Positions 13,901 to 25,560 of a stretch of 57,992 nucleotides of DNA are shown piece after piece. Position 1 is the stretch's first letter. Each line of letters starts with the position of its first letter. A program made the position numbers and the translations under genes. Source of the stretch: Hydrolagus affinis. Taxonomy: Eukaryota. The notes under the pieces were generated by a model that searched no databases, was not told the DNA's origin, and saw only the letters and a list, made by a program, of their open reading frames with translations. The stretch lies in NCBI GenBank assembly GCA_012026655.1, contig JAAILG010002091.1, positions 1 to 57,992 on the forward strand. Reading direction: 5' to 3'.

Positions 13901-16900
13901 CATTCACAAGCATGAACATCACACCTCCTTTCTCCTAATCAATTGAGGTGTTTTGCTGTTTAACAGTTTTGCTGAGGAAACCCACTGAAAGTGAATGTTA
14001 AAACCCATGCTGACGTCAACTTTAATTTGAGTTTGCTGGTAACTTGGTGACTTCACCATATTCGCTAAAATTGACAACTTCTTTGGGATCAAAGTGATTT
14101 GAACCACTTACTAGTGAAATGGTTTGTATTTGGTCTTTCTTATTACATTTCCCCAGCATCTGTTTAACTACCTTTTGTTTAAATGTATCTTACATATGTG
14201 TCCACATAAGGTCCTAGTACAAGAAGCACGTGTACATACTGTATACTCACAGATAGTATAATAATACAGCAATTAAAGACAATTCTGTTATATATCTAAG
14301 AACTGTATAAATATGACTTGCATACGTTAATTAATAGTACAGTAACCGACGTCAAACAGGTTTAAAGCACGGTGTGATATTGCATGTCCATTGCAGGGAG
14401 ATGGTTTACTGGTTAAAATCAAAATCAGTAGCAGAGCAGATGAATGTTAGGTTATGTTGAACAGAGAGAGGATTTACCAATCAATTCAACACAAATTGCT
14501 ACAACTTTAACACACACCAGCACACACACTCTGTTTAGCATTATTATTTCGATTACACTATTTGACAGAAATCTAATGTGCCCCCAACACACACAGACAG
14601 GTGGAGGTCAGATGATCACAAGATGCTAATGGTTCATAAAATCTTCACACTTAACGCGTGATTTAAACCTTCACCTTTAACTTGGCTGCGTTTCACACAT
14701 TGGACGCTTCACTGACACTGACTGGATTGTCGTTTGTGCTGTTGTTTTTCGTGGTTAGAAGCCAGTAATGGTTGACACCGAGTCCTGTACATGTAGTGTT
14801 GGGTTTGCATGTGCCTGACGGTTCTGAACTAAATTGGCTTCGGCGCTTTTGTGATCTACAAACCGAGCTGTGCCATCCCAAATCACAGCGGCTGAAACTG
14901 ACGCTTTTTGGCTCGTTTCAAAGGCATAATAAATACGGCAATGCGCATTTGCGGTAATCGGTGTTATGGATGGCTCTTCACCTGACTATTTGCTGCTGCT
15001 TTTTTGCTGTTTGCCTCCCTGGGGAGAAATACAGTAGCTGTCAATTTATAATTTAAATATGTTTTATCTCAAGGGCTGGGCAGGGAATGAATGTGCAGTC
15101 CGCTGCAGCTTTCAATCAGTTACAAGGAAGAATCGAATTATTGGGCAGTTTGGAGCTGACTGCAGACTAATCACATTTCTACCCTCTCTGAAGAGCAAGT
15201 GATCAGATCCAATTCTCTCCCTGAAGAGTGTTTAGACAAATGGGACTTTTAAACACAAACGGGCGGGCGGTGGGCGGGCGGGCGGAGCGGCGCAAAGCTG
15301 GACACATTCCTGCTTCTCCGCCTAAACATTGCAAACACCCTAACGTTACAGCGGCCTGTAGCCAACACAGCTTTAGCTGATACCAGTGTTTGCTCCCATC
15401 CCCTCCTACATGTAATGAGCTAAGGTTATCAGAAGCCAAAAAGTGAATCGTAAATGCCATCCCCCCCTCTCTCTCTCTCTCTATATATATAATATGATTA
15501 TCTAGAACTATTTATCTATAAAACACGCAACTATGAATTCCTCAAAAATGCAGCTTAATTGGATTTCTGGACACCGCCCAGCGGTGGCTGAGGGGTTTAT
15601 GGGATGGCTGATTTACCACAGTTGCAGTGAATCCCTTCTTGTTAAACTTTTTAATATAGACATTATCAACCTGGCCTCACTGTAACCTCGGTGTGAACAG
15701 CGGGAGCCTCGGCGTTAGCGGAGTGGGGTGCAGTACGTGCTCCCGATCAGTTTTGACATCGGATCCTGCACTTCACACGCAGACGCCCGCTTCCTTCCCA
15801 GGCCCACGTTTCCTGACTAAGACTCTGTACGCAAACCCCACAGATAACATTTAACATCCTAACCCCTGTCAACTCGGAGGTAGTTTTTCGGCACGTCCTG
15901 ATACTGAATCAGCCCTCGCCAACCCTGAGCAGTGCGAGCCAATAAAACACAACCAGTTCAAAGAATCGCCCCCGGGAAGAAAAGGCAAAACATTACAGAC
16001 AGACATGTTACACTCCTTTAGGCTTGCAAGTGATGACACTGCCGAACATGGATCACAGAGAAGAGTTAGTGAAGATTTAAGACATTCCTTCTTCACCAGG
16101 GCGTTTATCGCAGGAGCAATTAGTTTCAGGTTTTGCTGATGATCTGTATCACACAGGGAACCCTGCCTTCCCCCACAGTTCCCCCCACAGTTTCTTTACT
16201 GCCATTTCTCTTGCAGTTGTGCAGTGTCCGATTTAACACTCACGGTTGCACTGACTTCCAAAGACACACGCGGCTTTGAGTCTCTCTCTCCCAGACGGTT
16301 TCTTTATAAGCTAGTTCTCACAATGAAAAATAATCTTGTACTGTATCGTGTAACTTGTTTTCTATGTTAATGTTAGCTGTTATTTTTGTTACACGGCAGA
16401 GGTTTGGCTACGCTGTCGGCTGTTCAGTGGGTTAACTCTCCTGAATGTAAACATATCAACAAGACCGGCTGATGTGATATGGAGCTAAACTGTTACACTC
16501 TGTGTACCTTCCTCCCGAGTATCTGAGAGAGAGAGAGAGAGAGAGGTCTAACTAGAGATCATCCCCACTGCAACCGGGGGAGATTTGAGTCATTTTTTAA
16601 AAAACATGTTGAAATAAATGATTATTCAAGATATAATTATTAAAAATGATTAATGTTATACTTTATCTTAGAGTAAATAAATAACCTTACTCCTGGAAGC
16701 AGTACCTCTCTATGTCAGTCAGTCTGGAAGAATCCCGGAATCCTTTAGCGAAAGGATTGCTGTCGATTTTCAGTTTGGTGATCTGAAGAGAGAAGGAAAC
16801 ACAGCCCACGCAGTGAGGGCAAAATATATAATCCAGGGGGGATTCCACACAATTTACAATAATGTTATATCAAACACAACGCTTGATTATCTAAACTCAA

Positions 16901-19900
16901 ACGGTGTGACCTGATGTCATACAAGTTAAAGCCACAGCCACGTCCTCTGTACTAGCTACAGAGCAGATAGTACAGACCCTGTTTGTTACAGGGTTTTAAT
17001 TCAGATACTCTGTCATTTTCTCCTACACTAACCTCCCTTTGCTCTAAACAGTTTGCCGAGGGAATGCTCTATGGGAAACATCCCGGGACTCGAGTGATAC
17101 GGAAAAATATATTTTAGGTGCCGTGAAATCAGGGCGGGGGGAGGCAAGTTCCTGTTGAGTTGTAATTTATCTAATCCGCTCTGCCTCTGTCCACCAAACC
17201 TCGTTTGATCGCGGTGTTCTCACTTTATATCAATTTAAATAAAATTTGTCCAGAAACAAAACGTTTCTGGTATATTAAGGCCCATTTTTACACATATACA
17301 ATACCGCATGTGTATTTTATACGCACTTGTGTGTGTGTGCGCAATCTGACTTCAGTTTGAGAATACTATTTACTTGTTTGGAAGTCATTTTAATAGTGAA
17401 TTTTCTTGGTATGATGTTATTTGGGAAGTCCAAAATACAACAATATTCCCTACAATTGACATAGCGTCTTTCTTTTCACATCTCATCTTAAATTTCATGA
17501 CCTTAGTGGAAAGTGTAGTGACTGAGTGCTTTTATATGCAAACCCGTACCGACTGCTGGATGTACATCTATATATTTGCAGATGAGAGTTGAGATTTGTT
17601 GAATTATCCTGTGAAAGCCGCCAAAAACGCAGAAAGTCTGCTTCTCGTCCATGTGCTAACTTTTTTTTTAAAAAAAGACACATTTGAGGAAAAGCAAATG
17701 GTTTCAAAGCGGACTTGGCATTTGATGATTTGGTGAAATGTTCCGAGCTCCCGGTTAAAGTCGGCAACAAAAACATTATTCCCAGGTGCTGGAGCGATTG
17801 TTGGAAAACTCAGTTGCAGATCTCCCCCGGGCTGATAGGACATTAGTTAAAATAAATACTCAGATATGAGACTTACCAGTTGGTTCTGATAGGCGGTGAC
17901 TGCCGTGAACACTGTCTCTGTGAAGATAAAGGTGCGGAATTCCTCTGATTTCAGATTAACCAGAGAGGCTGTGTGATCCTTCTTTTTAATAATATGCACC
18001 CTGGGCTGGTATTTATGCATCGAGTTTAATATTATCTGCAAAAGTCATTGATCACAGTTACACTCGCAGCCAAATACGTATACGTTACAATTTGTTTTAA
18101 AGAAAACACAGAGAAAATGCTAGAAATACGCAAAAGTTTAAAAGTACTCTCAGGTAGAGGAAACGAGTTCAGTGTTTCACAAACGTCAACGTTTATTTCT
18201 CTTTCCGATTGCATTTGACCGGTTATTGCTATTTTCGGAGTTTTGTGTCGTTTGTCTCAGATTTTCAGCTATTTTAAAAAAAATGCTGATTACGTACAAG
18301 CTGTTTGTTGTGTTTCCCTCCTCAAAAGGTTTCACCGACACCGGTTCGGGAAACAAATCTGCACAACCCTTACACAGGGGCTTCCAACAGAGGCTACAGC
18401 AAGGAGCCTGAGCACAGCAGCTTCCATCCAATTGAACCAAACATCAACCAAAACTAACCATTGCAACAAAATGACCTCTAATTATTCTTTACTCAAATGT
18501 GTATGTTCAGTGAACATGCTATCTTATCCTTTCTTACAATACAGGAAATTCATAGGTTATTATACACCCTGAAGTATCCGCCCTGATGTTGCTTTCCCTG
18601 TGCTGACATTTACAACATACTGTAGTGTCTCTGTGTATCAGAGGACTGGCATTTAATCAGATGTGTTCACATTTAAAATAGAAAATGCTACAAAAGCAAA
18701 GCAGGCCACCTGAAAGAGAAAATACTGTGTAATGTCTGATATGAACTTTCATCAAACGAAATGGTGGGCAGGGAAAGCTGCTTTATAGCAAGAGAGGGAA
18801 ACTAAGACTCGAGTAACGAACAACTGTGGCCTGTGGCAATTAAGCATCATTGAAGGCATATATGTAGCACATTGTGAAATAGTGGGAATAGGTCAGGAAG
18901 AAAAGCCAACTAGAGGAGATAAAAGACTTTTTTTCTAAAAAAAAAGTGTGAATTTCCACCTTTAAACCTGTTTCAAAAAAGCCAGTTGAGGGAAAAATAA
19001 ATACTGTAACTAGAGGAATATGCAGGAGTCCGAACATATGTAAATGTGAAACAAAAACAAAAGTTGCTGGGGAAACTCAGCAGGTCAGGCAGCATCCATG
19101 GAGAAAGGAAAAAGAGTCAACGTTGACTCTTGAACAAGCCCCAGTTCCGACGAAGGGTTGTTGACCCGAAACGTTGACTTTTTTTCCTCTCTCCATGGAT
19201 GCTGCCTGACCTGCTGAGTTTCCCCAGCAACTTTTGTTTTTGTTTCAGATTCCCAGCGTCTGTAGTATTTTGTGTTTTGTAAATGTAAATGTGTGCTTTA
19301 CTGCGGTTATTGGAGCCGCTGCTTTGAACAACACAGTCGCGGTAGGTGAGAACATCTTGACATCTTTATGAAAGTTTCTTGAAAATGCGAAAGTGTACAC
19401 CCAGGGATGAATCTCATCATTGGCCGATATCCTCCCGTCAGATAATGATAGCAGAGGATGAGAGATACAGTCGTATTTTTTGTGAGTCTGCAACCATTAT
19501 TTGGGAAGTGCTCTGAGCCTCCCACATGGCAGGTCACACATGAACAGTCGCCATGACATTGTGGCAATACTCATTTGATTGGGTCAAGGAGTTTGTCTGG
19601 TCTACTTGCTCTGACTGGATGAGTTTACAGCATTGAGTTGGAGCTCTGGTATACAGAGGCAACTGGAGATGTAATTCCTAGTTTGTTCTTAATGGCTCTG
19701 GAGCGGATAAAATGTTTACTGAATATTTCTGATTGTTTCAATACAGGCTTGTCTCCAGAGACAAACTAACAACATAATAGTGGCATGTCAGGCTTTGGGC
19801 ATAAGAAAAAGGCCCTAAACAATATTTACATCTGACCCAGCAATGTACAGTATAGAAATCTCCAATCTTGTTCACTATGTTAGCTCTTTGTGGTCTTCTC

Positions 19901-22900
19901 TGTACTGATGACATTAAGTCCACCTCAGGTGATCACTTTCCAAAACCATAATCTTTCTGACCATAAATATGGCCATAACTTCTCTGTGGCTCACAAATTC
20001 TACCCTCTCTGACTTCTCTATCCTTGGCCCTTAGCTCTTCTCCATTCAACCACCAGAAGTAGTATCTTATGTTGCATTAATTGTTTGTTTAAAATATAAA
20101 TCAATGTTAACTGTTACCAGGTACATAATACAAATTTTAAACTAAGATCAGCACGTGCAAAATTTGCAATCTGAATGCACCTCAAACCAGCTTATTTTCA
20201 TGTTAAACCCTAATTAGGATGTTCTCACCACTCCACCCATCATCAATTTTATATATGGTTTAGATTACAGTAGAATACTGCACATCCACAGGAAACACAT
20301 GGCTGTTACATTGGCCAAAAAAAGTAATTGTGAACATGCAGGCAAGATTAAGAGTGATTTTATTTACCTCTGTGAGCTGGTAAATGAATGTAACCTTTTA
20401 TTTAGATACAGGTTACAGGTAGGGGGTAGTGCTATGTAGATAGGAGTCAGAGAAAAAAATTAGAGACAGTGAAAGGCAGAGGTAGAAAAAGAAAAAAAAA
20501 TCAGAGGGAGAATGAAGATAGAAAATTAGAGACATAAATGGAGATAAGAAGCTGTAGAGTTGCAGAAGTAGGGTTGGGTGGGAAAGGCCATTGAGGAATT
20601 TGATCAGCTGTGGATGGGGAGTCAATAGAGATACAGGAGCTGATTGGCTCATTGAATCTGGTGCAGCAGAGGAGATAGGTATAGAGTTATGGATTGCCTG
20701 CGGTTTGGGTAAGGAGGAACTGGGGATTCGGGTGATATTTGTTGGAATATTTGACACTAGGTGCGATGAAGGTGTGGATAAAAGGCCCAGCAACTCAAAA
20801 GGAGAGATAGAGGATGGTCCCGATTTGGACCAATAATTGTCTCTCTGTTGTGTTGGGTACTATCTGTAGTTCTATTCATTCATTTTAACTGTCTACTCAT
20901 TGTGAAATTGGTCATTTGTGACAAATATGCATTTATCCTTGGTTTTGAACAGTTTACCTTCTATTGACCAAATATTGTTTTGGTTGGCCGACACTATACT
21001 AATATAAATAACATAATGGCATAGATTTATGCCATGAATCAAGAAATATTCAATTAAGAAACCTATTTTGCTGGCTAACAACAAGCATGGTTCGCCACTA
21101 TTGATCGAGAGAATCTTGAATAGCTGAAGGCAAATGGAAGCGTCACCATGCATTGCATCTTACATTTGCTCAGATTACAGTCTGGCCCAGTCACGTTTAA
21201 ATGGACCAAAGATTAAAATTGTGAAAGGAGATTGGCATAATTAAGACAGAGCTCCAGATTTAGAAAGACACTCTCAGCATTTCCCTGCTTCATGGAATGC
21301 AAGTGGAAAGTGATCTGTAAGGCAGACTAAGACGTGACAGAAATCAACGTGTTACCAATGTGCATACAAATCTCACAGTCATTCATTACATTATATTTAT
21401 TATTAGTATAATGGCATTTTTTTTAAGAATCGGAGGTGACTGTAAACACAAAAACGCAAAGGAACATTCTCAAGTTTTGACTGACAAGCCACATTATATC
21501 GCCATGTAGATAAAGCTCCCAACCAGGTGCAATATTCTGATGAAAGTTCACACCCGAAGTCCTAAAGAGATGTTTCACTTTCAGATACTGCTGTGGCCTT
21601 CTACCATTTTCCATATTTATGCTGCATTTCAGATTGATTTTTTTTAAAAAAACTTTCTCTACAATATTTGTATACTTTAAAAAAAAAAAATTTTCAGGCC
21701 CCTGGATTATTTGAAACGCACACACGCCAGTTTAAATAATTTTGGCAATTGGACTACAACACGCACTAATCGTGTGCCTTTTATTCTAGATTGGCCTTCA
21801 GCACTGAGTTAATGGAATGAAAGACCAGGTATAACTCACGTGGCCAATCTGATCCAGCTCGTTGTTAGTGAGTTTCACTTTTTCAAAGGACACCATTTGT
21901 TTCAGCAGCTGCTCCCCTGTGAAGGGGGAATCGGGGTGAATGTACAGCCTGGAGATGAAGAGAAGAGCAGTGAACGAAGCATTTCAGTCAGTTCACTCTC
22001 TTGTGGTATTACTAGCTCAAGAACAACCGCCTCCTCCCCACTCATACCCGCCCCCCCCCACCACCCCCACCCCGATCAACCTTGTCAACAACGCTGAGAA
22101 AATGATCCCCAGAACATATTCTAACTCTGCCTTATTTCCACTAACCGCCTTCCCAGCCGCAGTCACCCGTTGAACAACACTCCCAAGGCAACGCTACTTT
22201 TATTACACTGTATTTAACGAATCATTTCCGACCAGCAAAATAAAACAGCAGCATATTTGCGTCTACAATCAGATTTTCACAGGCGGGGAATTAAAACCGC
22301 CCATTTTCTCTACAGCTTATACCCCCTTTCACCCCTCTGAATTCCATGGTATTTTCAGCGCTGCTGCTGTAGGTTTGTGAATCCCCCCCAAAAATATTAT
22401 TGTTAATGCATGAAGCGGAGAGGAGTGTAATTTGAATAATTCAACGAATTAACTGAACATGTTTAGTAATAGATAGATATGTTATACACTGGTTTGGTGA
22501 CACACACAGGCTTTGCATTAACACAGCACTGCGGTATTATGTGCGCACCTTGCAGGTAATGGTGGGTCGGCTTTCCCCGCCACAAGCCAGGAGGAGCGAT
22601 GATATGCGTAGCGATATCTCTTGTTATCCACAGGCACTATGTCCATCAGAACGATGTATTTTGCTTCAGGATCCACCGCGGAGAATGAGACGCGGATGGT
22701 AGGAAACATTCTCCTGAAACAAGGGAAGGGAGAGGGTCGTTCACTCCATCAATTTGCCTTCTCAACCCCTCACAGTGTCGAATATTTATTGCTGTTTATA
22801 CATCATATTTAACTGTTAAGATCTGCCGCCCTCCCCATGACTGTGCAGCGAGAAAAAGACAAAGTGTGGAAACAGGCAGCAATTGATTCAAATTCGTGTA

Positions 22901-25009
22901 TTGTATCCAACTGAATTCCGCCACTTTTAATATACAGTATCTGAGTTGTTTGCTTCGGTAATTGGTTTCCAAATTAAAATATAACGGAAAATATTGTACT
23001 TGATATATTCTATTGAAATGCGCCAAAAAACTATGATTTTTAAATAAAAAATGGTGCTGTGGAATGCATTTTATAGTCTGTCACAAAAAAATCTCAACAA
23101 TATACCTGATTCTCTGTATAACAATTAAATTAGATTTACTCGAGTTACATTGTAATAAAAAAGCAAATGACAATATTGAGTTAATTTAACACGTATTGGG
23201 TACACATGAATTTATTGTTATTGCAATGGTTCTGTTTACTATGTAGTTATTACAACGCGTTACAGATAATTGGTCTCTAAGACTGGGTTTCATTCGGGTT
23301 TCAATTTATTTGGTTATTTTACAATTCGGTGCCAATTTATTGAAAGTTTCCGTCGTTTAAAAGCGCACTTTGTTTCGACGTAATTAAAGTTACATCACGC
23401 AGCTAAATCACGCTGTGTTTGAAATATCACAAATGGTTTCTGTTTATTGCAGAACACTGTGATACGTTTGGTACAATAACCTGGAGGGCTTTTCAGTCAC
23501 TTACATTTATATAGTGACAAGGATCCTACTTTGTACGGGCACTTAAGTGTGGGGGAAAAGGACCTATGTGATCCCGAAATCTTGTCAAAAAAAATCTAGT
23601 ATCGCATAATTAGATTAGTCATAAAAGGTTTCATGTTCATTACACAAACATCTCGACATTGCCGCGGCTGACAGCACATTAGAATTATACCGAAAGGAAA
23701 TGAATTGCTTCTCCCATAAAAACGCTTCGAGACGTTTTCCTGCGTAAATTATGCTGCATAAGTGCAAGTTGCTCTCGATGTTTATTGTGGTGGTGTATTG
23801 CATGGCGCAGTTGGAGATATGGCGCAGTGAGTATTGATGTTACCAGCTTTATATCTATTTTTAAAAAGGTTCACGCTGTGTTGCAAATGTCCAATGTCAT
23901 TCAAACGGCAGCTATATAGATCCATATCTATATATAGTATTTCGCACTTAATCGGGAACTATATCCAAATACGATGTGATCAACTGGTAAAGAATTGACA
24001 GTTATTTCAGATTTTAAATAAATAACTTCTAGCTATGCGGAGGACAGAAATGTAAGAGAACGCAATGCAGCATTACTAACCAATCTATGATATTAATTAA
24101 TCGCAATTGGGTCACTGCAAAAAATATATTGCTGTTGGTTTTGTTCACCTGCCAGATTTGGTGATGATCATTTCAGTGCCCAGGTCGTGAAACTTGTCCC
24201 ACAATTCTTTGGTTTCCAGGTTGCAGGTGATTTTAGCCATCTCCTCGCTGGGTACAGTGGGGATATTGGGTATGAGCGGCTCTGTGCAGACGGCAGCTGC
24301 ATTCTCACTGAAATCTTTGTGTTCCAGGCTGCCCAGATCACCCAAAGTTTGAGCGCAAGACGACTTCTCCACAAACTGCTCTGTTTCAAAGAAAAATAGG
24401 TAAAAAAAACGATGTACAATCTGCGTGAACACGTTGCAGTGAAACCTGCTTTCGTTGTGATGATCAAACAGTACCAAATCGTGATTATATTTATCGTTCC
24501 TGCTACTATCAAACCTCGAATTAGAGACGCTTTATTGAAGAAATGCACCATTCGCAACTAGTTTAATGTCTTCAGACCAACTTCTGGGAAACCCAGTGTT
24601 CTTTTGTAATGAGTCATTTAACAATCCTACTAAAATACCCCAAGCAGATAACATTTTTGACCTTACAGTGATTTTCTTTGCAACAAATCCCCCCCGCCCC
24701 CACCCCCAAACATATTTTTTGTCTAACATCATGCTATCAATTAATTTTAGCGCTAGGACAAATACATTGTTTACAATTATTTTGTTTCGATGGTTTGTTG
24801 AAAATAAATATATTTCTTTGTAAAATAAGGGAATCATTTAGTTGTAGACAGTGACACTAAAAGTTGGGTTAAAGCCTTGACTTACCAAGTGGTTTAATTG
24901 TATTTTCTTCGGTTTCTTTAGCCTTGGAATTTCCACTTGACATGAGAGCAGCGATGGAGAAAGCGTTTGCTCTGGATGAAAGCTGCGGTTTGGGAATGAT
25001 GTACTCCAT
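7611..25009 (-). CDS. TBX20: T-box transcription factor TBX20, full gene span (8 coding exons, 1320 nt including stop, 439 aa)
   Basis: Joined exons translate to [26 protein letters not shown]...[24 protein letters not shown]...NPFAKGFRD...[13 protein letters not shown], recognisably vertebrate TBX20. Exon lengths 124+232+165+109+159+77+113+341=1320 keep frame, and all introns are GT...AG. Confidence 0.98.
9432..9692 (+). mobile_element. L2 3' UTR fragment (TBX20 intron 7)
   Basis: ctggaactccatcc...cttgggatatcatcacaacatgaaaggtgctatacaaatgtaattttgttgttg. Confidence 0.85.
10060..10612 (-). mobile_element. L2 LINE 3' fragment (intron 7)
   Basis: Minus-strand [15 protein letters not shown]...[34 protein letters not shown]. 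Confidence 0.9.
10769..11196 (+). mobile_element. 5'-truncated CR1-clade LINE with (ATTCTATG)n tail and 7-bp flanking duplication CTAGTGA
   Basis: Encodes [28 protein letters not shown] and [14 protein letters not shown]. 3' end gggccgaatggcctcc...attctatgattctatgattct. CTAGTGA occurs at 10762-10768 and 11197-11203. Confidence 0.92.
11205..11455 (+). mobile_element. LF-SINE-like remnant (3' half); the 5' part may lie at about 10655-10768, before the CR1 insertion
   Basis: aattggcat...attaaggtatattgttgggacagg...catgctgtacctg resembles the LF-SINE 3' region as I recall it. Confidence 0.45.
11484..11935 (+). mobile_element. L2 LINE 3' fragment (intron 7)
   Basis: ctccactggcttccc...attcaagatcttggtcctc... 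ending in a (TTG)n tail. Confidence 0.88.
12188..12300 (-). CDS. TBX20: TBX20 exon 7 (113 nt)
   Basis: Acceptor ccttactgcag|. Encodes [37 protein letters not shown]. Donor G|GTAAGA. Confidence 0.96.
16525..16545. repeat. (GA)n microsatellite
   Basis: gagagagagagagagagagag. Confidence 0.9.
16706..16782 (-). CDS. TBX20: TBX20 exon 6 (77 nt), end of T-box
   Basis: Acceptor ctctcttcag|. Encodes [26 protein letters not shown]. Donor AG|GTACTG. Confidence 0.96.
17877..18035 (-). CDS. TBX20: TBX20 exon 5 (159 nt), T-box
   Basis: Acceptor ttttgcag|. Encodes [53 protein letters not shown]. Donor CTG|GTAAGT. Confidence 0.97.
19047..19280 (+). mobile_element. Palindromic Penelope-like non-autonomous element with hammerhead-like core (TBX20 intron 4)
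   Basis: Inverted arms 19047-19124 and 19170-19247 match at 76/78 positions. Core agtt-CCGACGA-a-gggt-tgttg-accc-GAAA-cgtt-gact. Confidence 0.75.
21840..21948 (-). CDS. TBX20: TBX20 exon 4 (109 nt), T-box
   Basis: Acceptor cttcatctccag|. Encodes [36 protein letters not shown]. Donor CAC|GTGAGT. This exon is absent from the ORF track. Confidence 0.97.
22549..22713 (-). CDS. TBX20: TBX20 exon 3 (165 nt), T-box
   Basis: Acceptor tgtttcag|. Encodes [55 protein letters not shown]. Donor AG|GTGCGC. Confidence 0.97.
24149..24380 (-). CDS. TBX20: TBX20 exon 2 (232 nt), start of T-box
   Basis: Acceptor ttttctttgaaacag|. Encodes [11 protein letters not shown]...[24 protein letters not shown]. Donor AG|GTGAAC. 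Confidence 0.97.
24886..25009 (-). CDS. TBX20: TBX20 coding exon 1 (124 nt), contains eh1 Groucho/TLE motif FSIAALM (about 24941-24961)
   Basis: ATG in strong context ATC-ATG-G. Encodes [41 protein letters not shown]. Donor G|GTAAGT. Confidence 0.97.
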
Positions 25010-25299
25010 GATTAAAGGAAGCACACCCCCCCCGCCCCCCTCCACCCTTCTCCTCTCCAAACAAAAAGAAATCCAACCTTCTCAAGACGCCGACTATTTC
25101 ATAAAGTCAGGATTAACTATTATTACTGAGATTTGACTTGTTTTGTGCTTGAGGAAACACTAATTTTAGATTTGGCAAAGCAAGCAATCAAGCAGTTATT
25201 GGTGAAATTTTAGTGAAACACGAAACTGAAATGGAAAGTTATTGGTCTGCTGACTCGTGTGGCTGAGATGTGTATTTTTTTGCATTGACCCCAGAGTGG

Positions 25300-25560
25300 T
25301 TGCAGCGAGTCTCCGGCTGCCTGTTCTCTCCACCCGGGAGTCCAGCTGCCAGCTTCACAACTCCTCCAGATCGAGCCCCGCACTGTCAATTAATATGGTG
25401 CCTCCGAGACTCCGTATCCAGGAGCCCTCGGACCCCGGCCAATCAACGGCCACTGACGTCACCGCTGCTGCCCCGGCCGATAACGGGAACGGCTCTTGTG
25501 CGAACGCGCTTTCACCCCCCGGCTTTCGGAGCTGAGTGCGCATGCGCGTTGGAGTGCACT
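25300..25560 (-). promoter_or_regulatory. CpG-rich TBX20 proximal promoter
   Basis: GC/CpG-rich island about 300-550 bp upstream of the ATG. Contains CCAAT (25439-25443), perfect CRE TGACGTCA (25454-25461), perfect NRF1-type GCGCATGCGC (25538-25547), and TATA-like ATATTAAT next to MEIS-type TGACAG (about 25383-25396). TSS near 25360 is inferred. Confidence 0.75.

Noticed and set aside
25010-25060. N-terminal extension MERRRVEGGGGGVLPLI in the ORF track
   Set aside because: It begins at a non-ATG (TTG) codon. The homologous start is the ATG at 25009 in strong Kozak context.
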